In this document: piece by piece, positions 36,377 to 46,836 of the stretch
Position numbering within the stretch: position 1 is the first letter of the stretch
Layout: each line of letters begins with the position of its first letter
Source of the DNA: Dehalococcoidia bacterium
GTDB taxonomy: Bacteria > Chloroflexota > Dehalococcoidia > Lucifugimonadales > UBA3495
DNA length: 64,000 bases
Reading direction: 5' to 3'
Assembly (NCBI GenBank): GCA_034422355.1
Contig: DAOUJS010000006.1
Span: 12,288-76,287 of the forward strand
Position numbers and translations under genes: made by a program
Notes under the pieces: generated by a model
The model's database searches: none
The model's input: only the letters and a program-made list of their open reading frames with translations
What the model was told of the DNA's origin: nothing

Positions 36377-36625
36377 CAGGCCGGTACGGTATCGTTCAAA
36401 CGACAGGTTGCCATTGCCCGGCGGAGGGTTGACGTTTCCGCCCACTATTGTACCAGCACCATGCGGCGGGGTCTTTAACCGGCACTGTACCCGATTGCCA
36501 TGCGAAAAAGGCCCCGGAGTTGGGGCGAAGGGGAAAATGCCGGGAAGCGGCTGAGACCGCCGCCCATATCAGGTGCGGGGCCGGATGTGCCCCTGAGGGA
36601 CCGCATTGCAGTGGAGTTGGAGCGC

Positions 36626-37225
36626 CTAACACCCTGCAGACGGGTCCTGGCCTTGGAGACAGTCCATCACGTAGCGGGTCACCAGGTCTATCTCGTCCGT
36701 AGTCATGAGCTTGCCGAAAGCGGGCATCACCGTCAGACCGGACATCATAAAGGGTTTCATGCCGTCGGCGCCAAGGTCGATAACTGTTGTCGAGGTCAGG
36801 TCGGGCGTGACTGCCGTTTCATAGCCATACTCGTTGATCATCAGGTTCAATACCGGGCCGTCGCCACGGCCCTCTGCGCCGTGGCACTGCAAGCAGTTCA
36901 CTTCATACAGGTGCTTGCCGGTGTTGAAGGATGTCGACTTGGGAGCCGGGACCCAGTCCACGGGAACCGCGCCTTCCACGCCCGGCAGCCTGGGGGGTTC
37001 GCCGGATTTGTAGGTCTGCTGGTAATGCATCTCGTAAAATATGTCCAGGGGGTATGTGCCCTGCCCGCAGGCCATGGCGGCCAACGCCACCAGAACAACG
37101 GCTCCGAACAAATGCAATTTGCGCCAAGCCCTGGGATTCGGCAGACCCTGACGGGCGCGCTCCGGGGGCTTTGATTCAGGCGTTATTCCATGCATGTGCA
37201 GCTTTGTCATTTGAGGATTAGCCAT
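36626..37225 (-). CDS. actE: monoheme cytochrome c (ACIII ActE-like)
   Basis: 199 aa. Lipobox-like LAAMAC, and a single CLQCHG heme motif. Confidence 0.7.
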   Translation of the reverse strand: MANPQMTKLHMHGITPESKPPERARQGLPNPRAWRKLHLFGAVVLVALAAMACGQGTYPLDIFYEMHYQQTYKSGEPPRLPGVEGAVPVDWVPAPKSTSFNTGKHLYEVNCLQCHGAEGRGDGPVLNLMINEYGYETAVTPDLTSTTVIDLGADGMKPFMMSGLTVMPAFGKLMTTDEIDLVTRYVMDCLQGQDPSAGC

Positions 37226-37269
37226 TGCTGTAGAAGCCTGAACTCCAGATCTGGGGCTTGGGTTTCCTG

Positions 37270-37794
37270 CTACCGGTCCCTTACTATGTCGATGGCGCCC
37301 GCCTGGGTGAGGATGTTGTACACCCGTTGAAGCTCGGCTTCTTCCACATTGACCAGCACACCGATATATCCCTCGGTGATCCGGGTGTCGTAGAGGCCCT
37401 GCTTGGTCTTGGGAAGCCGGGACTCGAAGATGATCCCGATGATAGTGAATACTATGGCCGTCAGCATGGTGCTTTCGTAAGTGACCACTGCCATCGGAGG
37501 CAGCGACAAAATGGGCTTGCCGCCCTGGACCATCGGATAGGCCATCTGGGTCATGGAGGTCATCAGGATGCCTATGGTCAGGCCGATCAGCGCGCCCACC
37601 AGCGGAAATACGTACAGCCGGTGGCGCTCCTCCCGTTCCCCGAAGGCTCCCTCGGGGTAGGGCGCATCGGTGAGGAAGTCGTAGTTTTCCTCTGAAATGT
37701 TGGCTTCCTTGAGCGCGTCACCCGCTTCGGCGGCGTAATTCGCGTCCTCGAATAGTCCCAGTATCGGACGTACTGCCATTCTCGATGTCTCCAC
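37270..37794 (-). CDS. actD: DUF3341 membrane protein (ACIII ActD-like)
   Basis: 174 aa. N-terminal soluble segment ILGLFEDANYAAEAGDALKEA, then two TM helices. The position in the operon fits ActD. Confidence 0.7.
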   Translation of the reverse strand: METSRMAVRPILGLFEDANYAAEAGDALKEANISEENYDFLTDAPYPEGAFGEREERHRLYVFPLVGALIGLTIGILMTSMTQMAYPMVQGGKPILSLPPMAVVTYESTMLTAIVFTIIGIIFESRLPKTKQGLYDTRITEGYIGVLVNVEEAELQRVYNILTQAGAIDIVRDR

Positions 37795-37943
37795 TTGAGA
37801 TGTGGGTCCTCAGCCGGCGTTGTTTCTATCGACTGAGTCGTCGGCCCTCCGCCGGATAGAGGATCCACGTTTCAGATAGTCAGCTTCCGGCGGTGGTGGT
37901 CTAGTGATGCTCTAGCCTCAAACCGCCGGCTATCGGCCGCTTG

Positions 37944-39347
37944 TTAGTCCTCTCTGAAGGTGGCCGGGACCGTCCTCCGGCCGATTTGTATTTCGGTCTT
38001 AAGTATGTCCCCTTCCTTGATGTCGTACAGTGGTATCAACGGCAACACCCTGGCGAACAGGAGCATCAGCATCGACACCAGGGCGAAGGTAGCCCCGATA
38101 ATGGTGATCTCCACGGCGCTGGGCGCGTAGGTGTACCAGGTGAAGGTGAACAATTGCTTCTCCGCCAGCGCGGGAATGATGATCAGGAAACGCTCCAGCC
38201 ACATGCCTATGTTCACCAGGATGCAGGCGATGGACATGAGCCAGAGGTTGCGCCGCCAACTGCTGGCCAGCCACATGGCCACCGGCAGGAAATAGGTTAC
38301 GCCGACAAAGATGGCAAACCAGATGCCCCAGGGCGGCTTCGTTATCTGGAAGTCGCGGAAGGCGATTTCATCCGCCTCCCGTCCGTAGAACCCGAAGATT
38401 ACTTCCATCACGAAGAAGTAGAACCAGCCGGTGGCGACCACTATCAGCAAGCGGCCAAGGGCGTCGATGTGCTCGTGGCGGATGTAGTCCTGCCAGCCGT
38501 ATATCCAGCGCAGGATGATCATCACGAAGGCGACTGCGGACACGCCGGAGTGGACCGCGCCGACCACGAAGTAGGGGGCGAAGATGGTGGAGTGCCAGGG
38601 TTTGACCGCGATGGCCATACCGAAGTCCCAGGACACGATGCTGTGGACCGAGACGAACACGGGCAGAATCAGGGCCGAAAGCAGCACGCCGGCGATGATC
38701 TGGAGCTTCCATTGCCGCGGATTTCCCTGCCAGCCCATCGCCATCACGGTGTAAATCTTGTGGCTGATCCCCCGGGGGTTTGAGCTGGTGCGGTCCCGGA
38801 GCACTGCCAGATCGGGTATCAGTGCCACCAGGACGAACAGGATGCTGGATGTGAGGTAGGTGTAGACGGCGCTGGGGTCCCACACCAGGGGCGACCTGAC
38901 GTTGGGCCAGATGCCCCGCGCGAAGTCGTAGGGGATGAATGGTATGGTGTAAATCCAGTAGACCAGCCGCCAGGGCCTGCCAGTGTGAATCAGGGGCATG
39001 AGCATAGCCGTCATCAGGGAGAAGACCGTCAGCACCTCCGCGGCGCGGGTGGCAGGTCTGCGCCACTCGGCCTTGGACAGCCGGAGGATGGCGGAAAGCA
39101 TCACTCCCGCGTGGCTGATGCCAATCCAGAACACGAAGTTGACGATGAAGAAGCCCCACATCACGGGCCGGTTCAGCCCGGTGACGCCCATTCCCAGGTT
39201 GATCATCACTCCCGCGGCCGCGAACCCGGCCAGGACAATCAGGCCAAGGACGGCAACGGCAAACCAGAACCACCGGGGCGAATACAGTATCGACCCCAGA
39301 AGGTCCCGGTTAATCTGCCTCGCGGGGAGAACCCTGCCTTCCTGCAT
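37944..39347 (-). CDS. NrfD/PsrC-family quinol-interacting membrane subunit (ACIII ActC/ActF-like)
   Basis: 467 aa polytopic protein. GLNRPVMWGFFIVNFVFWIGISHAGVMLSAILRL is typical of NrfD-type subunits. Confidence 0.85.
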   Translation of the reverse strand: MQEGRVLPARQINRDLLGSILYSPRWFWFAVAVLGLIVLAGFAAAGVMINLGMGVTGLNRPVMWGFFIVNFVFWIGISHAGVMLSAILRLSKAEWRRPATRAAEVLTVFSLMTAMLMPLIHTGRPWRLVYWIYTIPFIPYDFARGIWPNVRSPLVWDPSAVYTYLTSSILFVLVALIPDLAVLRDRTSSNPRGISHKIYTVMAMGWQGNPRQWKLQIIAGVLLSALILPVFVSVHSIVSWDFGMAIAVKPWHSTIFAPYFVVGAVHSGVSAVAFVMIILRWIYGWQDYIRHEHIDALGRLLIVVATGWFYFFVMEVIFGFYGREADEIAFRDFQITKPPWGIWFAIFVGVTYFLPVAMWLASSWRRNLWLMSIACILVNIGMWLERFLIIIPALAEKQLFTFTWYTYAPSAVEITIIGATFALVSMLMLLFARVLPLIPLYDIKEGDILKTEIQIGRRTVPATFRED

Positions 39348-39441
39348 CTCTCTCCAGTGGTCCCGCGCCCGGGGCTTGGGACCAGTGTTCGGTGTTCGGT
39401 AGCCGGCGGTTAGCGGTCAGCGACTAGCCACTGGCCGCTGC

Positions 39442-40848
39442 TTATTCGGGCTTGGCCAGCACCAGGTAGCGGCCGCGGATAAAGGTCTCCATCTTCTGGT
39501 AGAGCAGCCCTTCTTTGAGTTCCCATAGGGAAATGACCGGTATGATTCGGGTCGCAAGCAGGTATATGAAAGCCGCACCCCCGATTCCTCCGATGACGAT
39601 AAGGATGTCACTCAGGCCGGGGTACACCGGCGGCGGCACCTCGGTAAGGAACTCGCCATATACGTTCCCGGCGTTGAATGAACCGACGAAAATCCTGATG
39701 TTGAAGAGGAAGGCGCCAGCCAGCGCGGAAGCCCCGGCAAGGGCCGGACCCCAGTCGGTCTTACGGACCGGGTTCCAGAGCAGCACCAGGAAGGGCATGA
39801 CGAAGCTGAAGAAGAAGTTTCCGGCGAACACCCCTCCGTAGGACCCGAATAGCAGGTACTTCAGGACGTTCTGCTCCAACTCCGTTCTACCGTACCAGTA
39901 AGTTATTCCGAAGGCGAACATGTGGTAGCACCACAACAGGCTGAAAGCCAACAGCAATTTGCTGGCCGACCAGAAAGGGGAGATGCCAATGTATTCGTGG
40001 TATCCCCCGAACCGGCGCAAAATGAACATGATGATGAGGATAAGGCCCAACGCGGACTGGAACCCGCTCAGGCTGTATACCACCGGGAAGATGGCGTCTT
40101 TCCAACCCGGTATCATGCTTTGGCCGTAATCGGAACTGATGATGAAGTGTACGAATAGCAGCAGCATGAAATACCAGGACCCGAGCAGCGCCAATCCGGC
40201 CTTGTGGACGAGCCACTGCCGCTTGGTGCCCGTCCAGAACCCCGCCAGCATCCGGTACAGGCTGCGGCGGAAGCCCGTGGCCTTTTCGTAGGCCTCGGCC
40301 ATGTCCGGCACAGCGGAGAGCCACAGTAGGGCCAGGGCGTTGACGCCGACGAATATGACGCCGAACAGGTCCCACCAGAGCGGGCTTCCTATGGGTCCCT
40401 CGAACCAGATGCTTCGGCGCAGGGCCAACTCGTGGTGACCCACGTCCGGGTTGTTGAGGGATGGCAGCACAATTGCCAGGGGAATGAACAGCAGGATGTT
40501 GAAAATCCCGAGTATTCCGAAAATCTCCGACACCCGCGACAGGGGACGCCGCCAGTGGCTCTTGGTGATTCGGAATGCCGCCGCCGCCAGCGGTCCGGTG
40601 CTGGTGACCATGAACACGAAGGAGAAGGTGGCGGCGTAGTAGCCCCACGGCGAATGGTCGCTGAACCCGTACTGGGCCGCCTTCATCACGAAGCCGATGA
40701 TCCCCAGCACCAGCAGCGCGCCCGTTAACGCCAGCCCCAGAGTAACCGGGCCGGGCCGGGTGAAGGTCTTCCGGGTTACGTACTCAGTGACCTCGGGGGA
40801 CCGTGGGAAGACCCACATGTCTTGGGAATGGTGGGCGTTCTCAGCCAT
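39442..40848 (-). CDS. second NrfD-family membrane subunit (ACIII ActC/ActF-like)
   Basis: 468 aa polytopic protein with the same architecture as 37944..39347 but a divergent sequence. Overlaps the actB2 stop by 8 nt. Confidence 0.8.
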   Translation of the reverse strand: MAENAHHSQDMWVFPRSPEVTEYVTRKTFTRPGPVTLGLALTGALLVLGIIGFVMKAAQYGFSDHSPWGYYAATFSFVFMVTSTGPLAAAAFRITKSHWRRPLSRVSEIFGILGIFNILLFIPLAIVLPSLNNPDVGHHELALRRSIWFEGPIGSPLWWDLFGVIFVGVNALALLWLSAVPDMAEAYEKATGFRRSLYRMLAGFWTGTKRQWLVHKAGLALLGSWYFMLLLFVHFIISSDYGQSMIPGWKDAIFPVVYSLSGFQSALGLILIIMFILRRFGGYHEYIGISPFWSASKLLLAFSLLWCYHMFAFGITYWYGRTELEQNVLKYLLFGSYGGVFAGNFFFSFVMPFLVLLWNPVRKTDWGPALAGASALAGAFLFNIRIFVGSFNAGNVYGEFLTEVPPPVYPGLSDILIVIGGIGGAAFIYLLATRIIPVISLWELKEGLLYQKMETFIRGRYLVLAKPE

Positions 40849-41623
40849 GACCGCCGCCGTTCTTTAAGGGATACTTGTCAACCTTTTTCAGGTATATCAC
40901 GTTGGGCTTGGTGCCCACTTCTTCAAGCAGCCGGTAGGCACGGGGAGCCTTCTCTCTCCCTTCATGGCCGTCCAGCGCTTTGAAGTAGCGTTCCACCGGC
41001 CCGGTGGTGTCGGACTGGTCCGCGAATGTAAGCGCATTGGTCGGGCAGGCCGAAACGCAGGCGGGCAGGAAATTGCGCTTCTTCATGGTTGGGTAGTCCA
41101 GGGTGGCCCGCTCCTGCCGCTCTACGGTCAATTCGGCCCTGCGGATGCGCTGGATGCAGAAGGAGCACTTCTCCATGATGCCGCGGCTGCGGACTGTCAC
41201 GTCGGAGTTGAGGTGGTTCCGCATTCGCTCCGGCCACACCGGCTCCCAGTAGTTGAAGAACCGGACCTGGTATGGGCAGTTGTTGGCGCAGTAGCGGGTG
41301 CCAACGCACCGGTTGTACACCTGTACGTTCAGACCCTCGTCGTTGTGATAGGTGGCATAGACGGGGCAGACCGGCTCGCAGGGCGCATTCTCGCAGTGCT
41401 GGCACATGATTGGTATGAAGCGGGCCTTCACGTTGGGGAACTCGCCTTCCCAGTACCGCTCGACCCGGATCCACTCGTATGCCCGCCGTTGCAGGAACAG
41501 GTCCTTGGTGTTGATCGGGATGTTGTTCTCTGACTGACAGGCAACCACGCAGGCCTGGCACCCGGTACACCGGTCCAGGTCTACTACCATCCCCCACTTG
41601 TGATCGAACCGTTGATCTGCCAT
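40841..41623 (-). CDS. actB2: 4Fe-4S ferredoxin-type subunit (ACIII ActB2, DmsB/PsrB-like)
   Basis: 260 aa. CTGCQACVVACQ, CQHCENAPCEPVCP, CVGTRYCANNCPY, CSFC...CVSACP cluster motifs. Confidence 0.9.
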   Translation of the reverse strand: MADQRFDHKWGMVVDLDRCTGCQACVVACQSENNIPINTKDLFLQRRAYEWIRVERYWEGEFPNVKARFIPIMCQHCENAPCEPVCPVYATYHNDEGLNVQVYNRCVGTRYCANNCPYQVRFFNYWEPVWPERMRNHLNSDVTVRSRGIMEKCSFCIQRIRRAELTVERQERATLDYPTMKKRNFLPACVSACPTNALTFADQSDTTGPVERYFKALDGHEGREKAPRAYRLLEEVGTKPNVIYLKKVDKYPLKNGGGHG

Positions 41624-41741
41624 TCCAGCCCTCAGCCCATTTCTTGACGCAAAGGCACAAAGTCTTGATGACGCGGTGGTCTTATATTTTTATCTTTGCC
41701 AAGCCCTATGTCTGGAGTTTTGCGCCGTTGCGTTTACGCTG

Positions 41742-44060
41742 CTAGTGGTCGTCTTCACCCGGCGTCACCGTCTGAATGATACGCTCGCCCGGAAGGATGC
41801 CTATTTCCACGGCGCGGACGATTCCTTCAAACTTGGATACCTTGATGCTCTCGCCGGTACGGCTGACTCTCACCCGCGTACCGGCCCAGGCCAAGGCCCC
41901 GGTGCCATCCACCTGCCTTGGCGAGAGTATGTCCATAACGTTCTGCGACTCGCTGGCCGGCCTGTCCGTGGCGGTGTCCGGGCCGCTGCTGCGCCCATGC
42001 CCCATTGGCATCGAGAGCACCCTTGGAGGCACAGCCGGCGTGAGGTAGACGGGCACCTGTATCGAACCCTCCGGGGACTCAAGCCTCACGATGTCCCCTT
42101 CCACCACGCCCAGACCAGCGGCATCATTATCGTTCATCTCCACCCATGATTGCCATGTGATGGTAGTAAGAGGGTCGGGCGTGGCCTGGAGCCAGGGCAG
42201 GTGGGCGTTGCGCCCTTCCAGCAGGGTGTTATGGGCGAAGGGGACCAGGAAGTAATCCCCGTCGCCGGAGAAGTCGGGAGGCGACGCCTTGGCCACTATG
42301 CTCTGCAACAGTCCCGCCGGGGGCGCGATGTCCGTGGGGCCGGTGGAGTTTTCGTCCCACCAGCCGCCCTGGGCCAGCAGCTTGTTCCAGAACTCACTGG
42401 CCGAACTTGCGGAGATGGAACCTCTCCCCAGTTCGTAGAGCTGTTCGCTGCTCTCCTTGAGCATGTCCTCGAAACGGTTCCAGGGAAGCTGGTCCTGAAG
42501 TCCCAGGTCGGAGGCCACGGAGAGAAGTATGTCCGGGAAGCTGCGCGGGTCCAGTTCGCTCAGCGGATTGATCACCGGCTGTTGGAACCCCACGGTCTGG
42601 AACCCGGGGCCCGGCTCAGGAATGTCGCTGCCCCAGTCCTCCAGGGAGGACCTGTCGGGCAGCACCAGATCCGCAGTGATGGATGTGTCGTCCAGGAAGG
42701 GTGAGAAACTGACGATGTAAGCGTTGGTGCGCATCATGGCGTCGCCGAAGTTCAGCGGCCCCGGCAGTCCATGCACCGGGTCAACGCCATGCACCAGGAC
42801 CAGGCCGGTGTCGCCGCCGCTAATCTCCTGTGCCGCCTTGGCCCAGTCGGCCAGGGGAGCCTCTTCGGCTGACGCGGGAATCCCTTCAATGGGGCTGCCG
42901 GGATTGAACCTTATGCCCCCCGTATCCGGAGCATGGCCCGGCCCCCCGACGCTGCCAACCAGGTAGTTGAGCGCGTATATGGCCTCGAGATTGAACAGCC
43001 CGTTGTTGTGCGCTGCCGCAGAGCCGCCGCCGATGGCCAGGCCGGGCTTGGCTCCCGCGAAAGCATGAGCCAGTCCTTCAATGAGGTGAGACGCGTCTTC
43101 GCCCATAACTCCCCCGGAAGGGAGTATGGGTGACATCGTATCCGGACTGAACCGGGCCAATGCCTCTGCGCCCTGGCCTCCTGTCAGAGCGTCCACGTCT
43201 ACGCCGGGGGCCTGCATACCGTCCCGCAGGATGACGTAAGCCATGCTCATGGCCAGGTAGCCTTCCCAGCCGGGCCGGACAGGTATCCACTTGTCGGCGT
43301 TGGCTGCGGTCATGGAGAACCTGGAATCGACATGGTAGTGGGTCCCTCGCTTTTTGCCTTCCTCGCCCCGGAACTCGCCGTAACCCACGTTGTACCGGGT
43401 AGGAGACCCCCATGTGGAGAGGAAATCCGCGCCGAAGGACACGAGGACTTCAGCATTGGCAATGTCGAAGTCGGGCATCAGGTCCTGCCTGAATACGTTC
43501 CTCAACGCGGCCCGGTAAGTTACATTGTCCACCGCCTCGAAGGCAAGGTGTTGGCCGCTCACGGCCTCGGCGAAGGCGGGGACCAGCATTCCCATGTGAC
43601 CCCGCATGGGCCCGGTGAAAATTTTCACCCGCCCGGCGGAAGCCTGGATCCGGGAGCGAAGTATGTCCAACGCCTCATTCCAATCTATGGGTTCGTATTG
43701 GCCGGAGCCGCGGGCGCCGCTGCGGAGCATGGGGCCAGTGATGCGTTCGGGGTGGTAGGCGGCCTGTAGAGCGCCCTCGCAGCGGGCGCTCTGCTTTCCC
43801 TGGTTGGTGGGGTAGAGAGGGTTCCCCTGGACCTTCTTGGCACGGCCCTCCATCACCCGGACGATTATCCCCTCGCAGGAAGGGCAGGTACGGCACAGGC
43901 TGGTGTACCAGTTGTCCCTGCCCCTGACCACGTCCTCGGGCAGTTCGGCCGGACTCTGGAGGTCAAACTCGCCCTCGCGGATGCCAAAGCCCTCGCAGGC
44001 CACCGCTCCAACGGCGGAGAGGCCCGCCCAAGCCAGAAAGTTGCGCCGCGTCAGTTTCAT
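41742..44060 (-). CDS. actB1: molybdopterin-oxidoreductase-like subunit with Tat signal (ACIII ActB1)
   Basis: 772 aa. Twin-arginine signal MKLTRRNFLAWAGLSAVGAVA, and an N-terminal Cys cluster CRTCPSC...C. Confidence 0.85.
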   Translation of the reverse strand: MKLTRRNFLAWAGLSAVGAVACEGFGIREGEFDLQSPAELPEDVVRGRDNWYTSLCRTCPSCEGIIVRVMEGRAKKVQGNPLYPTNQGKQSARCEGALQAAYHPERITGPMLRSGARGSGQYEPIDWNEALDILRSRIQASAGRVKIFTGPMRGHMGMLVPAFAEAVSGQHLAFEAVDNVTYRAALRNVFRQDLMPDFDIANAEVLVSFGADFLSTWGSPTRYNVGYGEFRGEEGKKRGTHYHVDSRFSMTAANADKWIPVRPGWEGYLAMSMAYVILRDGMQAPGVDVDALTGGQGAEALARFSPDTMSPILPSGGVMGEDASHLIEGLAHAFAGAKPGLAIGGGSAAAHNNGLFNLEAIYALNYLVGSVGGPGHAPDTGGIRFNPGSPIEGIPASAEEAPLADWAKAAQEISGGDTGLVLVHGVDPVHGLPGPLNFGDAMMRTNAYIVSFSPFLDDTSITADLVLPDRSSLEDWGSDIPEPGPGFQTVGFQQPVINPLSELDPRSFPDILLSVASDLGLQDQLPWNRFEDMLKESSEQLYELGRGSISASSASEFWNKLLAQGGWWDENSTGPTDIAPPAGLLQSIVAKASPPDFSGDGDYFLVPFAHNTLLEGRNAHLPWLQATPDPLTTITWQSWVEMNDNDAAGLGVVEGDIVRLESPEGSIQVPVYLTPAVPPRVLSMPMGHGRSSGPDTATDRPASESQNVMDILSPRQVDGTGALAWAGTRVRVSRTGESIKVSKFEGIVRAVEIGILPGERIIQTVTPGEDDH

Positions 44061-44090
44061 CTCAGCCGGTGATCTCCACTATTTGCGCCA

Positions 44091-44702
44091 TTACTTATGA
44101 CAGACCGTGCAGTCGGTGGGCACACTGTTTTCACGGTGGCAGTCGAGGCAGGTGCCCATCTTCAACGACTGACCCTTCATGGGCTGGACTTCGGTCATGC
44201 TGGCCACGTCACCGTGGCACTTGGAGCACACCTGCGCCACCTCGAGTTGCCGGTCCGGGGTATCGCCCTGGGTGAAAAAGCGGACGTGGGCCTCGTGGAT
44301 GAATCTCACGTGGTCCGGCAGACGATGGACCCGTTCCCAGTTGATTGGTTGGACCCCATCCGGCGTGTCCCTGAACTTGGCTATCTCGGCCTTGGCGGTG
44401 TCGGTCCTGCCCGCAACCTGCTCGTGGCAGAAAAGGCACTGCTCCACCGCCGGAACGGTGGCCTCTGCGCCCCGTGTGACGTCCCTATGGCAGAATTCGC
44501 ACTGGATTCCCATACCGCCCTCTTCGGGGGACCCGGCGTGGATGGTATGCGGGAATGCTATCGGCTGCGGCGGGGCATTCCCCAGTCCAAAGGGCGGGTT
44601 GGAAAACCAGGATATGAACAGGACCACCAGCACAAACCCTACTACGGCTAGACCCAACAGGCCGACCAGCCCGAGGGTCACCATTTTGGCGCTTAGCCTC
44701 AT
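44091..44702 (-). CDS. actA: membrane-anchored pentaheme cytochrome c (ACIII ActA)
   Basis: 203 aa. N-terminal TM and five CxxCH motifs (CEFCH, CLFCH, CSKCH, CLDCH, CTVCH). Confidence 0.85.
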   Translation of the reverse strand: MRLSAKMVTLGLVGLLGLAVVGFVLVVLFISWFSNPPFGLGNAPPQPIAFPHTIHAGSPEEGGMGIQCEFCHRDVTRGAEATVPAVEQCLFCHEQVAGRTDTAKAEIAKFRDTPDGVQPINWERVHRLPDHVRFIHEAHVRFFTQGDTPDRQLEVAQVCSKCHGDVASMTEVQPMKGQSLKMGTCLDCHRENSVPTDCTVCHK

Positions 44703-44803
44703 GTGCGTCCAGCCAATCTGAAGAGATGGTTGTTGTGATAGTGGTTGTGGGGCAACATATTAAGGGTCAAGCAATTCTGTCGGGCTGAGACTTTCTCGGC
44801 TTT

Positions 44804-45100
44804 TTAGTAAAGGAACCGGTCATAAACGTGCTGGACGTTCAGTGCGTTGATGATCACCAGGACCATGAGAATGACGGCTGCCGCCAGGACCAGGAATGCA
44901 AACACCGTCAACGGAATTTGCAGTCGTTGGGCACTGGGCGGCAGGTGCCCGGTAATCACCAGGGAAGGGATGATTGCGTAAGCGGTCAGCATCGTAAGCG
45001 CGAATGTGACGAGCACGGGGAGGTATATCCAAAACCACCGTAAGAACAGATGGATGTTGTGCCAACTGTTGGCGTCAAGCGCCTTGGGATCGTCAAACAT
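44804..45100 (-). CDS. hypothetical small membrane protein
   Basis: 98 aa with two clear hydrophobic helices. No motif recognised. Confidence 0.5.
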   Translation of the reverse strand: MFDDPKALDANSWHNIHLFLRWFWIYLPVLVTFALTMLTAYAIIPSLVITGHLPPSAQRLQIPLTVFAFLVLAAAVILMVLVIINALNVQHVYDRFLY

Positions 45101-45373
45101 AAAGCGGCAGTCCTGCCCCCACCGCCCCGGTTGAACCAGAACCGGGGCCGCTCAAAACGCAGTGAAAATTATCACAACGCCTTGGGGGTGTCAATAGAAT
45201 AACGGCGCGATCAGGGCCTTTCAAGGTCAGGGCAGGTGATGGATGACGTGGGATGGAGGTGGGGGCATGGGTCTGGTGGAGGAGTTGCCCGGGGAATCCG
45301 CATGGTGTAAGCAGTCTGGGTGTCGGAGGCATGGTGTTGGCACAAGCCCAACCCATCATGTGCAGGGTCGGCG

Positions 45374-46618
45374 CTAGTCGCCGCTCCCGGGGCCCGGGTC
45401 TGCCGGGGCAGGGGCCTCGCCGCCGTCCACGGAAGCGTTGAGGTCCCTTGGGAGAGGACGACGGGACCCGCGGCGTCTGGGCCGGCCGTTGATGCGGCGG
45501 GGAAGGCGCTCTCCCACCGGGGACGCCATTGGAATCGGCGCGTCCAGGCCGGCCAATTGCACCGTCCGCATCGGGTAGTTGATCACGATCCCTTCCTCGC
45601 GGAGACGCTCGTGTACCCTCTGCACCACTGTCGACTGGAGCGTGAAGCTGGCCAGCCTGTCCTTCGCCTGGAGAAACAGCCAGAAATTCACATTGGAGTC
45701 TCCAAAGCTGTCGAACCCGAACCACCCGCCGTACTCCTTGACGCCGTCCGGCCCCTCCTCCAGCACTTGTTCCATGATTTCATGGCACACCCTCTCCACC
45801 ATGAACAGGTTGCTGTCGTAGCTGACGCCGCAGGTGAGGAAAACGTTCACCGGCGGCTCCGGGCGGTTGTAGTTGGTGATGATGGTGTCTGCGAACTTGC
45901 TGTTGGGAATCACCACCAGGTTGTTGGTCCAGGTGCGGATTCGGGTACTCCGCCATCCCACGTCCACCACGTACCCCGCCACGCTCCCCTCAAGCTGTAT
46001 GTAGTCCCCCGGCGACACCACGCCTTCCGTCATCACGTAGGTGCCCGCAAACAGGTTGGACAGAGTTGGCTGGATCGCCAGCGCGACGGCCAACCCTCCG
46101 AGACCCAGCCCGGCGATCAGGGGGCTGATGTTGATGGACAGCAGGTCCAGCATCAGCAGGCCGGCCAATCCGTAAATCAGGACAGTCCCGATGCGGCGCA
46201 GCAGGGGAGCCAGTCTCTGGTCCAGCACCTGCTCGGGACGGTTGGCCAGTTCCTCCAGGTACCATTGCAGCACCTGGGTCAGGGCCATCGCCATCGCCAG
46301 CACTCCCAGGGCCAGCGCGGTCGTCCCTATCCACTTGCCGGCCAGGGACTCGAACCTGGGGTCGATACCTTCTGGAACGGTCACCGCCAGGTATCCGCCG
46401 ACTACGATGATGCCGAGGTTCAGGGGCCATCGGGTGGCATTGATGATCCGTGAGTCGAGGTTGGAGGGGATCCTCCGCGCTATGCGCAGAGACAGGGGAA
46501 AGAAGACTTTATGGGCGATGAAGGCGATCAGGACAGAGGCGAGGAAGATGCTCGCCGCGGCGGTCAGTCCGCTCCAATGCCAGTCCAGGAGTTCGATGCG
46601 GGTCAAGTCGGGAGGCAC
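45374..46618 (-). CDS. mechanosensitive ion channel (MscS family)
   Basis: 414 aa. TM helices followed by GDYIQLEGSVAGYVVDVGWRSTRIRTWTNNLVVIPNSKF, typical of the MscS beta domain. Confidence 0.85.
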   Translation of the reverse strand: MPPDLTRIELLDWHWSGLTAAASIFLASVLIAFIAHKVFFPLSLRIARRIPSNLDSRIINATRWPLNLGIIVVGGYLAVTVPEGIDPRFESLAGKWIGTTALALGVLAMAMALTQVLQWYLEELANRPEQVLDQRLAPLLRRIGTVLIYGLAGLLMLDLLSINISPLIAGLGLGGLAVALAIQPTLSNLFAGTYVMTEGVVSPGDYIQLEGSVAGYVVDVGWRSTRIRTWTNNLVVIPNSKFADTIITNYNRPEPPVNVFLTCGVSYDSNLFMVERVCHEIMEQVLEEGPDGVKEYGGWFGFDSFGDSNVNFWLFLQAKDRLASFTLQSTVVQRVHERLREEGIVINYPMRTVQLAGLDAPIPMASPVGERLPRRINGRPRRRGSRRPLPRDLNASVDGGEAPAPADPGPGSGD

Positions 46619-46836
46619 TTCAGGTCGTCAGTCCGGTGCGTGTCAAATCGGGACAATTATACACCGGGTTGGAACGGCACAGAGGGAAGAAAGGTGGCTT
46701 CCTTCATAGTGGCTTTCTTCACAATGGAGTAGAGGATCGTGCCACTATATCCCCCCGCTCTACTGCCGTATCTCCTGGTACGGGATGTTCCGGCAGGTGA
46801 GTGGAAGGGCCGCTGGCGTATGTCCCGGCTGTGCCG

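Noticed and set aside
45093-45725. The 210-aa minus-strand ORF spanning the MscS 3' end and the downstream spacer.
   Set aside because: It is Pro/Arg/Gly-rich, overlaps the well-supported MscS frame, and has no motifs.
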